From the NCBI GenBank assembly GCA_013265495.1, contig MU058654.1, positions 124,001 through 188,000 of the forward strand: a DNA stretch of 64,000 bases. The letters run 5' to 3'. The position numbers and the translations under genes were made by a program. The DNA is from Vicugna vicugna. Taxonomy: Eukaryota. Of the stretch, positions 63,621-64,000 are shown in pieces (positions within the stretch are counted from its first letter, which is position 1; each line of letters starts with the position of its first letter). The notes under the pieces were generated by a model. That model saw nothing but the letters and a program-made list of their open reading frames with translations, did not search any database and was not told where the DNA came from.

Positions 63621-64000
63621 CATTTACCCTTTCTTGTTCTTTTTATTCCAGCCTTTGTACTTCAGTTTCTGTCTGGTACCATTTCCTCACTCTGATACAG
63701 CTTTATTCCCACCTATTTATTTTTTTCCCTTATTGTCAAATGTTTTACGTTTCTTTATGTTATAGACTCAACAATGTAATTGTTTACATATTGTTTTACT
63801 AATTACTTTTTAACTCAGTTAAGAGAAGAAAGGAGAAAAATAGGCAATTACCCTATCTTTTGTAATTGCCTACATAATTATCTTCTGAGTGTTCTTTCTT
63901 CCCCTCCTCCCCATGGAGTTGAATTTCTAACTATTGTCACTTGCTTTCAGTCTGAAGAATTTCCTTTAGTATTTCTTGTAAAGCAAGTGCTCTTGAGAGA
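63621..64000 (-). mobile_element. Continuation of the old L1 (inter-ORF region / ORF1 end)
   Basis: TTTCAGTCTGAAGAATTTCCTTTAGTATTTCTTGTAAAGCA is a typical antisense L1M motif. Confidence 0.75.

Noticed and set aside
1..64000. Prokaryote-type systems (CRISPR, operons, defence islands)
   Set aside because: The sequence is clearly mammalian, with no repeat-spacer arrays or dense ORFs.

Overview
AT-rich, repeat-rich mammalian DNA, most likely camelid: a tRNA-derived SINE at 58921-59060 resembles the camelid Vic-1 family, and I saw no Alu, Bov or PRE elements. I found no intact protein-coding gene. The listed ORFs are L1 ORF2 remnants or chance frames. The one recognisable gene-derived feature is an intronless, disabled retrocopy of an oocyte-secreted-protein gene (OOSP/PLAC1 ZP-N family, best match from memory OOSP4A) on the minus strand at ~40672-41350. 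It has a poly(A)-derived tail and a degenerate 13-bp target-site duplication, and it interrupts an MLT1-type MaLR LTR in the same orientation. The rest is young and old L1 fragments (two with inverted structure), L2, MIR, ERVL/MaLR LTRs, hAT MITEs and microsatellites, plus several repeat-free blocks with developmental transcription-factor motifs that look like conserved non-coding enhancers. All family assignments are by eye from recalled consensus sequences, not from database searches, and repeat boundaries are approximate.
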